A DNA stretch of 64,000 nucleotides from Rebecca billardiae RCC1528. Its lineage: Eukaryota; Protista; Haptophyta. A model generated the notes under the pieces. That model was not told the DNA's origin. It was given only the letters and a program-made list of their open reading frames with translations, and did not search any database. Both the position numbers and the translations under genes were made by a program. The stretch covers positions 930,001 through 994,000 of the forward strand of contig OZ251246.1 of NCBI GenBank assembly GCA_965240325.2, in the 5' to 3' direction. Positions 1 to 10,456 of this stretch are shown one piece after another. Numbering within the stretch: the stretch's first letter is position 1; each line of letters opens with the position of its first letter.

Positions 1-532
1 CCCCAAGCCCAAGCTCAGCACCGCTAACCTCACGCACGTGCCTCTGGACGCGGTGTACCACCTCGAGGGGCTGGCGCGCGTGCCGCCCGAGCGCACGCCG
101 CCCCTCTCGGCGGCCGCGCCGCCGCCGGCCCAGGCGTCCGCCAAGGCCAAGGGTGCGCGAGGTCGTCGTCCGCTTCGTCCGGCAGCGGGCGGAGAGATGC
201 CCGAGGAGGTGCGCGCGCAGCTGCGCAGCACGACGTGGCGCGCGCTGCCCGCGCTCACGCCCGCGGCGCCCGCGGCGGAGGGCGCGCCGCCGCCGCGCGC
301 GGTGCACGCCAGTGGCACGCTCCTGCTCCCGCACCTGCACGCGGGCGCTACCCACGCCGCCGCCCTGAGCGCAGAGCAGCGCGCGTGCGTCGTCTCGCGC
401 GAGGACCTGGGCCGGGAGCTGCAGCGCCAGCTGTGCGCGCACTACGCGCAAGACTACGTGTGCTTTGACTACCCGCTGCCGCCCGAGTGCCAGCCGCCCT
501 CGTCAGTGCGAGTGCGAGGCAGTGAACAGTGA
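1..532 (+). CDS. 3' end of a probable carbohydrate sulfotransferase-like gene (5' part outside window)
   Basis: Open frame ending at TGA 530-532. The C-terminus LCAHYAQDYVCFDYPLP resembles the L-x2-Y-x2-D-F-x2-F-x-Y end of Sulfotransfer_2 proteins. No other motif is visible. Confidence 0.45.
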   Translation, partial: PKPKLSTANLTHVPLDAVYHLEGLARVPPERTPPLSAAAPPPAQASAKAKGARGRRPLRPAAGGEMPEEVRAQLRSTTWRALPALTPAAPAAEGAPPPRAVHASGTLLLPHLHAGATHAAALSAEQRACVVSREDLGRELQRQLCAHYAQDYVCFDYPLPPECQPPSSVRVRGSEQ

Positions 533-1605
533 TCCCGGGGCCGTCGATCGCCGCCAGTGAACGAATGATATAGTAGCTAGAGTGATGCAGCGGCGCGCAG
601 AGTGAGAGTGCAATCACTAATCAGATACAGAACGCCTGCTACGAATCTAAAGCGGCCTATATACTGCCCGGGCTATGGCACCGGCGCCATGCAAGTGACG
701 GCCACGGGCGCGGATGATATTCGGCGGCCCGCGCGTATTGCAGCCCGCTGCTAGGCGGCCATATGCCTATGGCCGATGGATAGCGCGGTCGACCAGCCAA
801 CTCTGGCCGATGGGTATTCGGGCTGATGGGGCCCTGTCCGGCGGCCGGACCGCCGGAGGCCCGCGCCGGCCGCACGGCGGCACGGCGCCACCGCGGGCGC
901 GTGCGGGGCCGGCCGGCCCGCCGCGCGCGGCGCGCCGCGCGCGGGTGGCCGCGTACGTGCGCGCGCCGCGCCCGGCGCGGGCTGCAGCAGTGAGCAGCAC
1001 TAGTTAGTACTCGGTCGAGTTATCATCCGCGACTACTCATCAGCACGCGCGGTCGCGTAGTCCGAGAGGGCGGCCCCGGGGCTCGGCCGACCCAACTGGC
1101 GGACTTGTTGAGCTCCAGTGGCGCGCGGTCTCGACCAGACCGCGAGGCCGAGCCGCTTGGCAGGTGCGGCATGTGTAGTATGCACAGCACTGTGACTGTG
1201 ACTGTATTATGAGTGCTCGTGAGTCCGACTCCGCCTCCGGGTCGGCGGGTGACGCGAAGAGACTCCGAGAGAGTGCCACTACTACGTGACTCAGTGAGAC
1301 GGCCCGGAACTTTCCCGCCCGGATCACTGCTTCGCCGAGGCCTCAGATATGATTGATCGTCACGTCGTCGCGACGAGCTATAGTCATCATCATTGACGGT
1401 GCTGATGATGATGACGCGGCCGGCGGGCCATGCGGCATGCCACATGGTCATGCCCTGCGCACAGCCCAGCACGCGCAGCTGGCAGCGGGGCTGGCGCGGC
1501 GCATTGTGCGCGCGCGCTGCCAAGCCGCCAAGCTGCAGATCAAGCCATTTGCATTGCTTGGCCACGCGCGCGAGTGTATGCCCGGCCGCGCGGCGCCACT
1601 GTCAA

Positions 1606-2726
1606 TCACGCCGCCTTGGGCTTGCCCGCTTGCCGCGCGCCGCGCGCGCCGCCCGCCTTGCCCGCGAGCAGCGCGTCCTCCGCGCCGTCCACCACCCACG
1701 CGTGCTCCGTCAGCGTGAGGTTCTCCTTCTCAGCCTCGAAGTTCTTCTTGTTGTCCACGGGCTGGCCGGGCATGCCGCCGCCGCCCGGCATCCCGCCCAT
1801 GCTCTGCTGCATCAGCACCGCGTCGTCCGCCTGGTTGTCGCCCAGCACGAGCTGGAAGAGCCCGCGCATGCCGAACATCACCAGGAAGTACCTGCACGCG
1901 CGCGCGCACGCAGCCGCACACGCGGTGTGTGAGAGAGATGGAGAGCGGGGCCGCAGCGGCGCGCGCGCGGAGCGGCGCGCCGGGGCGCGCGCGCTCAGCC
2001 TCTCCGGGGGTAGCGCCAGGACGCAGAGGCGGCGGCCGCGCGTGCGCCGCTCGCGCGCACCGCGCGCCGATGCGCGCCCGCCGTGTCGCCCCGCACGCTC
2101 GCCCCCACCCCGCCCGACGCATGCCGCCCCGTGCGCGCGCGCGCGCAACGCCGCACCAGCCCGCGGCCGCGCGCGCGCGCGCGCGCGCTGTGCGCGTGCG
2201 CGGCGCACCAGGAGAGCGAGGTCACGTAGGACACGTCGAGGGAGGCGAGCGGGATGCCGCGCTGCAGCATGGTCTTGAAGGAGGGCGTGAGCGGGAACGG
2301 GATCTTCACGAGCACGAACCCCGAGAAGAAGTAGTTGACGATGCCCATCATGAAGACCTGCGGCACCATCATCGCCATGTTGCCCTTCATCATGTTCTGC
2401 ATCATGTCCGGGTCGGAGAGCATCGCCATGGCGTTGGCCTGCGAGTCGAGCTTCGCGGCGAAGACGCCGGTCTCGGGGTGCGCGAAGTGCTGCCGCCTCG
2501 CCGCGAACGCGCCGTACGGGATGTGCTTGCAGTTGGCGCGCAGCCGGCGCGAGCGACCGAGGTCCATCGTCTGCTTGAGCACCGCCTTGTCGCCGCCCTT
2601 CCCGCCTTCGCTCTTGAGGAGGAGCGTGACGTTGTGCCGCAGGATGCCCATGAAGAACATGAGCAGCACGATCGGGATGAACACCCAGTCCCTGATCGCC
2701 GGGTCGATCACAAGGTCGTGCTCCAT
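1606..2726 (-). CDS. EMC3: ER membrane protein complex subunit 3; exons 2726-2209 and 1891-1606
   Basis: MEHDLVIDPAIRDWVFIPI...MMKGNMAMMVPQ...VNYFFSGFVLVKIPFPLTPSFKTMLQRGI...LDVSYVTSLSW|YFLVMFGMRGL...NFEAEKENL. A GT-AG intron at 2208-1892 splits the W codon and restores the canonical SSLSWYFL-type motif. Confidence 0.95.
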
Positions 2727-2854
2727 CGCGCCGCTCGCAGCGCCGCGCTTGAGGCGCTGGCGACTGCTCTCGGGCGCGGCGGCCACTTCCACGCGCTGCA
2801 GCTATGAAGAGCGCGCAAAGGACTGCAAAGCTTGTGGGGGCAGGCCGGCGCACG
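2727..2854. promoter_or_regulatory. Putative bidirectional promoter between EMC3 and the HPAT-like gene
   Basis: The divergent ATGs at 2726 (-) and 2855 (+) are only 128 bp apart. Confidence 0.55.
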
Positions 2855-3961
2855 ATGGCGGGCGGTGGATCCCGGCGCAGCGATGGCATGCTTTTGGGCA
2901 CACTCGTGCTCGTCATCGTGTGCGCCGCGTTCCTGTACACGTCGGGCTCGCTGCAGCACACGACCGAAGCGCACGTCGAGGTGACGACGCTGCGCGAGGT
3001 GCGCGACTCGCGCCAGCTCATCCAGCAGGCAGCGCTCGCGGCGGCGGGCGAAGATGCGGACGACGACTTGGGCGACGGCGCGGCGGCGGCGGCGGCGGCG
3101 GCGGTGCCCGTGGCGGCGGAGCCGGGTGGTGGTGCGACGGCCGCCGCCGGCGCGCCGGGCGGGTGCGGCCGCGAGCTCAAGCCGTACCACGTCCTCATCA
3201 CCTCGTCGTCTGGCGCGTACCAGCAGTGGCAGACGCGCATCATGTATTATCACGTCGTCGAGATCAAGCGGACGCAGGGGCCGTGCGGCGAGATCGGCGG
3301 GATCACGCGGCTGCTCACGATGCCCGGCGGGCGGCCCGACGAGCTGATGGACGTGATGCCCACGTACGTCGTCACCGAGCTCAAGCCGGGCGCGGAGGAC
3401 CTCGGGTTTGTCGTGATGAACCGGCCGCACTCGGTGCGCGCGCTGCTGCGCGACGCGGAGGCGGCGGCGCGGCTGATCAAGGAGGAGTACGTGATGATCG
3501 CCGAGACGGACCACGTCTGGCTCAGGCCGGTGGTCAACGTCGCCACGCCCACCGTGCCGCTCGCCTACCACTTTGGCTACATGTGCGCTGCGCCGCGCTG
3601 CGCGCGCCGGAGCGAGCTCGGGCTCGATCTCGATCTCGAGATCGAGATCGAGATCGAGCCCCCGTGGGCGCGAGGGGGCGCGCGCCGGACGGGCGCGCGC
3701 GCGGGGGCGCGCGGAGCGAGCGCCGACGCGCGCGCTCCTGCGCCCCGCCGCGCGGCGCCCCGCCCCGGCGCGCGCGCAGGGAGGCCCACTTCCGCGCGCC
3801 GTTGATCGACCGCTTCTGCGCGGGCGCGTCCAAGACGATGGACCCGGTGGGGCCGTCCCCGCTGCTCGTCTCGGTGCAGCAGCTGAGCGCGCTGGTGGAC
3901 GGGTGGAACGAGACGTCGCACACGCTCAAGGTGCGCGCACCGCGGGGCTGGCGTGCGGCGC

Positions 3962-4009
<48 letters not shown>

Positions 4010-6508
4010 TGCTGGGCGCGTGCCCGGCCGAGCGGTGATGCGCGCGCTGCCACTGCCGCGCGCTCCGCGCCCCGCGCCGCGCGCCGCCGCGGCAGACGGA
4101 CCCGGACGCGGACTCGCAGCTGGGCTGGGTGCTGGAGATGTGGGGGTACAGCATCAGCACCGCGTGCGCGGGGATCCGGCACGCCGTCAGCGCCACGCTG
4201 CAGTTCGAGGGCGGCTCGATCGGCTCGCACGACCGGCCGCTGCTCGGCGTGTACGACATTGTGCACTACACCTACGGCATGGAGTACTCGGCTGCAGGCG
4301 TGCCGATGGAGCTGCAGGTGCGCACGGCGCGCGGGGCGGGGAGGGGAGGGGGGCGGGGAGGGGTGCACTACACCTACGGCATGGAGTACTCGGCTGCAGG
4401 CGTGCCGATGGAGCTGCAGGTGCGCACGGCGCGCGGGGCGGGGAGGGGAGGGGGGCGGGGAGGGGTGCACTACACCTACGGCATGGAGTACTCGGCTGCA
4501 GGCGTGCCGATGGAGCTGCAGGTGCGCACGGCGCGCGGGGCGGGGAGGGGAGGGGGGCGGGGAGGGGTGCACTACACCTACGGCACGCAGTACTCGGCGG
4601 CGGGCGCGCCGATGGAGCTGCGCGTGCGCACGGCGCGCGGGGCGGGGTACGGGCACGGGCGTGGAGCTGCAAGTGGGGCACGGTGGCACGGCCTCACGGC
4701 TGCGTGGCTGCGCGCGCATGCAGGGCCCAGGGGCTTAGGGTTAGGGTTTAGGGTTTCGGGTTCGGCCCAGGGGCGCGCGTGGCGGCAGTGGCGGCGCACT
4801 GGCCCACGCGGCACCCGCGCGCGCGCACAGGGGGGCGCACCTGCGCCCGCGCAGTACGCCAGGCGCGCCTGCTGACACGAGCCACGCCGCTCCCCGGCAG
4901 GTGGGGCACTGGTCTCTGGACAAGCGGCACTACGGCGGCTCGTACCCGCCCCTCGGCCTCTCCCCGCCGCCGCGCTGCGCGGACGAGCGCGCGCGCGTGC
5001 TCACCGCCGCCTTCAACAACGCGTCGGCCAACCAGCGCGCGGTTGGGCTGCCGCCGTGGCCGGAGGCCGGCGGCGGCGGCGAGCTGCGCGACGGCAGCGG
5101 CACGCGCGTGCGCATTGGCTCGGACACGTGGCACGTGCGGCCGGAGCAGCTGCCGGTGAGCGCCGCGGTGCTCGAGCACTCGGCGCTCGCGCGCACGCTG
5201 CTCGGCACCGGGCCGTGGCGGTGGCAGGGCGCGGGCTGCTGCGGCGGCGGCGAGGCGGACACAGACGGCGCGTCCGGCGTGTCCCTCTTCTTCATGCGAG
5301 ACGGCTTCGTCTGGTCGGAGATGGGCTCGGGCACGTGGCGCGTGCAGGGCGCTGCGGCCGCGGACGGCGGCGGCGCCGCGGCTGCAGCGGAGGCCGAGGC
5401 CGAGGTCGCCATCGTCGACTTCATCGGCCAGACCTCCAGGCTCACGTTCACACTCGAGCCGGGCGGCGGCGGTGACGGCGGCGGAGGGGGCTGGTCGTTC
5501 CGGTCGTCCGTCGTCGAGCTGAGCGCGCGCGCACAGCGCGGCGCGGCGGGCGGCGCGGCGGGCAAGGGCACGCTCGAGGCGCCGCCGGCCGTGCTCGCGC
5601 GCTGGGCGCCGCCCGTGCCGCCGCCGCCGCCGCTCGCGCGCGCGCGAGTCGACGGCGGCGCGGGCGCGGAGGAGACGGTGGCAGCGGCCAGGCTGCAGGG
5701 CTCCGGATTCTACCGGACCTGGGGCTGCCTGCTGCGCGCGGGCGTGGCGTGGCGCGGGAGGCACGCGATCGACGAGTGGCAGCTGTGGCGCGTGCGCGCA
5801 GACCCGCACGCGCCCGACCCGGCGGCACGCGGCGTGGGCGGCAGCGTGCACTCGGCGAGCATGGCGACGGGCGTCGGCCTCGGCCGCGCGACCGACCAGC
5901 CGGGCGGCTGGGGCGAGGGCGTGCTGCTCGAGCTGCTGCCGCTCTCGCGCGGCGCGGAGGTGCCCACCTCCGCGTGGGCGGCGCCGCCCGCCGCCGCGCC
6001 CGCCGCGGCCGCCGCGCCGCCCCTCGCCACCCTCGACTTCGTGCGCTGCTGGGCGTTTGTCGAGAGCTCGATGCCCGCGGGCCGGCCGCCGCACGAGTGG
6101 GTGATCCCAGCCGCCGCCAAGCGCGTGATCCCCGGCTGCTCGGGCACGCTGCCCAAGCTCGGCCGCTTCCTGGGCGAGGGCCACGAGCTCGCGCAGTGGC
6201 TGCTCCACCCGAGCAACAAGCCGGGCTGGGCGTGGGCCGGGATCAAGGGCATGCACTTTGAGCCCGAGGGCGTGCTCACCACGCCGTGGGGCCACGGCTC
6301 GTGGGGCCTCGTGCCCGGCCACGACGGCCAGCTCGCGTTCGCAAACTTCGCCGCGCAGGTGCACGTCCTCGACTTTGGGCGCGGCGCGGCGGCGGCGGCG
6401 AAGGCGGCGATCGGTGGCGGCGAGGGCGGCCCGCCCGGCCCCTCGCGCTTCCACTCGAGCCGCTGCTCGGACGGTGAGAACGTCGAGGGGCTGCGCGTGA
6501 CCGAATGA
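2855..6508 (+). CDS. Hydroxyproline O-arabinosyltransferase-like (GT95/HPAT) type II membrane glycosyltransferase with long C-terminal extension; exons 2855-3582, 3780-3930, 4096-4317, 4901-6508
   Basis: N-terminal TM anchor, then HPAT-type motifs YQQWQTRIMYYH, GGITRLL, GRPDELMDVMPT, VVMNRP, EEYVMIAETDH, GWVLEMWGYS, HYTYG, WSLDKRHY. Three GT-AG introns join these in frame. Confidence 0.88.
3963..4000. repeat. (CT)n microsatellite in HPAT intron 2
   Basis: Uninterrupted tc dinucleotide run. Confidence 0.9.
4261..4647 (+). repeat. Tandem repeat with 102-bp unit, about 3.8 copies, spanning the exon 3/intron 3 junction of the HPAT-like gene
   Basis: Units start at 4261, 4363, 4465 and 4567 with GTGCACTACACCTACGGC. 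The first three are essentially identical; the fourth is diverged. Confidence 0.95.
4735..4765 (+). repeat. Short interstitial telomere-like tract TTAGGG TTAGGG TTTAGGG TTTCGGG TTCGG
   Basis: Seen directly, inside HPAT intron 3. Confidence 0.7.
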
Positions 6509-6835
6509 TGATGATATATATAAGAACGTGACGACATATTGACGACGCGCGCGGCGATGACGCGGCGGCGGTCGCCCAGCATCGTAGTCGTAGATATCGT
6601 CGTCGGTATCGCCTCGTCATCGTCAGCATCGCGTCGTAGTAGCAGTGACGATAGTCTTAGTCAGCAGTCAGCTGTCAGGAGTCGTCTCCCGACTCTAGCT
6701 CTGAGAAGCACTGCGTGCCGGCTGGCCTCGGATCATGATGGCAGTGATGGCTAATACGATGCCGCTGTGCTGATGCGCGCGCGCACTCATCAGCGACAGC
6801 AGCATGCATCGTCATCATCAATAAAATATTGACGA

Positions 6836-6879
6836 TATATATATATATTAATTAAAGACATATATATATATATATATAT
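6836..6879. repeat. (AT)n microsatellite tract
   Basis: Two AT runs separated by a few bases. Confidence 0.8.
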
Positions 6880-7159
6880 GAATAAACGGCACTCGCAGCT
6901 GTTCGCTCGTCGTCACGTAGATCGACACGAGTACAGTACGTAGTCAACGTCAGTCACTACCGCCAGACGACACCAGCATATCATCAGCCGATCGATATAC
7001 TACCGGCCGCCCTGACGTGAGTGACGATACGCATCGGGCGGGCTATGCCTAGTAACATGCGCGTCGTAGCAGCTAGCAGTATAGACGATAGAAATCGTCA
7101 TTGTCCCGGGGGCGTTGGGCTCGGCAGCAGCGCAGCGCACTGCTGCGCCATCACACTGC

Positions 7160-7810
7160 CCGGACCATGACTGTTGTCAATACTACGTGATGACGATGCC
7201 CGACGCCTGATACCGGCTTGCCCGACTTCGCACCACGCACGGCAGTGCGGCTTGTGTGCCTTCCACGCGTACCGCAGGTGCGGTCGTGCGAGCAGAAGAC
7301 CGCAACGCGGCACCGGTCGCACTTCTTTAGAACACGGACGCCGGCTTGGCACACACCACGCAGCACTTGGACGCCACGTCGCGATCGCCGGCCAACGTCG
7401 ACAGCTCAGTGCTCAGGTCGAAGGAGCTGTCGAGCTGGTGGGCTTGGCGCAGCAGCCGCGCGCCCTCCTCCATACCGCGCTGCGCTCCCTCGCCAGCGAG
7501 CAGCAGCATCCCAAGACTGGCGAGACAGAGGCCCATAGGCCGCTCGTGCACGTCACCACTTACGGCCAGCCGGTACCAGCGCACCGCCTCGGCAGAGTCG
7601 CGGCACGCCTGTGCCAAATTGGTAGCACAGGCCTACATTGAACTGCGCGCCTGCATCGCCCTGCTCGGCCGCCAGCAGAAACCAGCGCGCCGCCTCGGCC
7701 CAGTCCTATGGCACGCCCTTGTCATATTAATAGCACCAGCCTAGACTAAGCTGCACACATTCGAGTTGCCCTGCTCGGCCGCCAGCCGGTACCAGCGTAT
7801 ACGGCTAGAT
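7160..7810 (-). pseudogene. Degenerate tandem copy of the 3' part of the Sel1-repeat/MYND gene
   Basis: Clear nucleotide and peptide similarity to 8240-8900: DSAEAVRWYRLAV, CLASLGMLLLAGEGAQRGMEEGARLLRQAH, VLKKCDRCRVAVFCSHD, AWKAHKPHCRAWCE. These are spread over different frames, with stops and deleted Sel1 units. Confidence 0.8.
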
Positions 7811-8255
7811 TGTCGATGCAGATACATGCTGCTGACAAGGTCGAGTGCCGCTGTTGAGTGTTGTCCAGCTCAAAGCTGTGAACCGACTTTGGCAACTCGC
7901 GCCACGCCCACGGGCACCGACAGACGCCACCGTGTGACCGTGGCCCGACTACGGGCCGGGGCACGGACGGTCGTGCGCCTCGTGCGGCACGGTGCGCGGC
8001 GCGTGTGCGGAGTGTGGCTGTGGTCTGATGTGACTCTGACAAGAGACATATACGAACACAACCATCAAATAGTTATTCATCTGAAAACCGTCATATATAT
8101 ATATATGATAGATATAAAAAATTAAATCGGTGCACCGCGCAGGCCAGAGTCAAGCGCGTTTCACACGTGCAGACGGCCATCGGCCCGGCGTGTGGACCGT
8201 CCTGCTCGTATGCTGTATGACGTATCACTGCTGCATCTCCCGGGGATGACTGTCG

Positions 8256-9239
8256 TCAGCACGTGCCTGCTGCCTGATGGGCTTCTTCGCACCACGCGCG
8301 GCAGTGCGGCTTGTGCGCCTTCCACGCTTGCCGCAGGTGGTCGTGTGAGCAGAAGACCGCGACGCGGCACCTGTCGCACTTCTTCAGACCACGGCCCGTC
8401 TTGGCACACACCATGCAACACTTGGACACCACGTTGCGATCCGCCGCAAACTTCAAAAGCTTAGTGCTCAGGTCGCTGACGGCGGAGGTGTCACACTCGT
8501 GGGCTTGGCGCAGTAGCCGCGCGCCCTCCTCCACGTCGCGCTGCGCTCCCTCGCCAGCGAGCAGCAGCATCCCAAGGCTGCCGAGACAGACGCTGCGATG
8601 AGCATTAGTAAGGTAATCTGGCATGATGCCACAGATGTCACCATATACGGCGAGCCGGTGCCAGCGCACCGCCTCGGCAGAGTCCTGCGGTACGCCATCG
8701 CCCGACAAGTAGCACCTGCCCAAATAGTGCTGAGCATCTGCGCAGCCCTGCTCGGCCGCCAGCCGATACCAGCGCACCGCCTCGGCCATGTCCTGTGGCA
8801 CGCCCTTGCCATCGCGGTAAGCCAGGCCCAGCGTGAACTGCGAATCTGTATTGCCCTGCTCGGCCGCCAGCCGGTACCAGCGCACCGCCTCGGCAGAGTC
8901 CTGTGGCACGCCCTGGCCAAGTTGGTAGCACGAGCCCAGAATAGACTGCGCATCTGCGTGGCCCTGCTCGGCCGCCAGCCGGTACCAACGCACGGCCTCC
9001 GCAGCGTCTTGAGCCAGCCCGAACAGGCCGCGGTGATGAAGGGCACCGAGCTTGTACTGCGCGTCCGCCAGCCCGCACTTGGCAGCGACGCGATACAGAT
9101 GAATCGCCTCGCGCGCGTCCGCTGCGACGCCGTCTCCGGAGGCGAGGCGATCGGCCAGAAGCAGCGCGGCGCGCCCGTCGCCTCGTGCTGATTTGCGCCG
9201 AAGCAGACCCAGCGCGGCGGCGCGAGAGCGCTCCTCCAT
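8256..9239 (-). CDS. Sel1-like repeat protein with C-terminal MYND zinc finger (intronless, about 327 aa)
   Basis: About 5-6 Sel1 repeats (AQxxLGxxYxxGxGVPQDxAEAVRWYRLAAEQG), then CMVC-x8-CDRC-x4-FCSHDH-x4-W-x2-HKPHC. ATG taken at MEERSR. Confidence 0.88.
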   Translation of the reverse strand: MEERSRAAALGLLRRKSARGDGRAALLLADRLASGDGVAADAREAIHLYRVAAKCGLADAQYKLGALHHRGLFGLAQDAAEAVRWYRLAAEQGHADAQSILGSCYQLGQGVPQDSAEAVRWYRLAAEQGNTDSQFTLGLAYRDGKGVPQDMAEAVRWYRLAAEQGCADAQHYLGRCYLSGDGVPQDSAEAVRWHRLAVYGDICGIMPDYLTNAHRSVCLGSLGMLLLAGEGAQRDVEEGARLLRQAHECDTSAVSDLSTKLLKFAADRNVVSKCCMVCAKTGRGLKKCDRCRVAVFCSHDHLRQAWKAHKPHCRAWCEEAHQAAGTC

Positions 9240-9343
9240 CCGCGCCGCCCGTGGGCGAGTGCGAGGCGGTGGGAGGCGGCGACCAGTAGGTAGCCAAGCC
9301 AGACGACCGGTGCACGACTGGCCAAGCCGAGACCGGACTTGAC

Positions 9344-10456
9344 CAAGGGGAGTCAGGGTACAGCACGTCCAGTTGGGCTGCAGCTGGAGCTTGGGTCCAA
9401 AAGCTTCCCGCGGCGCAGCGGCACTCGCCGCCGCCGCCGCCGTCGAGGGGCGGTTGTGGCGCGCACGGCGTGAGCCGCTGCGGGCGCTGAGGTGCGCGCG
9501 ACGGCGGCGCGCCCGGCGGCGCTGCTGTAGGAGGCCTCTGCCCTCCTCTCTGCCCCGCGCGCTTCGCTCGTCGTCGCCGTCTCCGCGCCTGCGACTCAGC
9601 GCGCACGCGAGCGCCGCACCGCCCGGCCGCCGGGGCAATCTCAGCCGTGACTGCGCATGTGCGTCGCGACCTGGTCGGCCCAGCGCGCGAGGCGCGTGTG
9701 GGCGAGGTAGGGCCAGTATGGGCGCGCGCCATGCCGCCTCTAGTAACCATCAGAGCGTACATCAGGAGACTGAGCACGCGTGTCTGGTTGGCCGCTTGGA
9801 CTGTGTTCAAGCAATGCACGGGCCATCGTCGAGGCGATTTCGAGGCACTCAGTCAAAACGCCAGTTCCGCGCGCAGACGACCTGGACGAGAGCCACTGAC
9901 GATGTATGTTTCGAACGATCACAAAAGGCTCTGCAACTATGGCGTCTGTACGCCTACTGCCTCGATCGTGCACACTGACGTCTGCGCTTGGGTGCCGCAT
10001 GTTTGTCAACGTTGTCGACAGAGGTGCAAGGCCCGCGACATGCCCACCGGCGCAAGGTCGAGGCGGCATGGCGCGCGCCCATACTGGCCCTACCTCGCCC
10101 ACACGCGCCTCGCGCGCTGGGCCGACCAGGTCGCGACGCACATGCGCAGTCACGGCTGAGATTGCCCCGGCGGCCGGGCGGTGCCGCGCTCGCGTGCGCG
10201 CTGAGTCGCAGGCGCGGAGACGGCGACGACGAGCGAAGCGCGCGGGGCAGAGAGGAGGGCAGTGGCCTCCTACAGCAGCGCCGCCGGGCGCGCCGCCGTC
10301 GCGCGCACCTCAGCGCCCGCAGCGGCTCACGCCGTGCGCGCCACAACCGCCCCTCGACGGCGGCGGCGGCGGCGAGTGCCGCTGCGCCGCGGGAAGCTTT
10401 TGGACCCAAGCTCCAGCTGCAGCCCAACTGGACGTGCTGTACCCTGACTCCCCTTG
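9344..10456. mobile_element. Non-autonomous foldback DNA transposon (P/Galileo-like): ~397-bp TIRs (9344-9740 and 10060-10456), 319-bp spacer, 7-bp TSD ACTTGAC
   Basis: The arms are reverse complements with only a couple of mismatches seen. Termini are CAAGGGGAG...CTCCCCTTG. ACTTGAC lies at 9337-9343 and 10457-10463. Confidence 0.88.

Noticed and set aside
620-1600. Possible MITE or ncRNA in the intergenic region
   Set aside because: No convincing TIR/TSD pair or RNA fold found by eye.
4261-4647. Repeat array as a CRISPR
   Set aside because: Units are identical head-to-tail with no unique spacers, derive from an exon/intron junction, and the context is eukaryotic with no cas genes.
4735-4765. 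Chromosome end
   Set aside because: Only a few degenerate units, inside an intron, with genes on both sides.
9240-9638. 133-aa N-terminal extension of the Sel1 protein
   Set aside because: It starts at a non-ATG codon within the transposon TIR and is low-complexity; the ATG at 9239 is more plausible.
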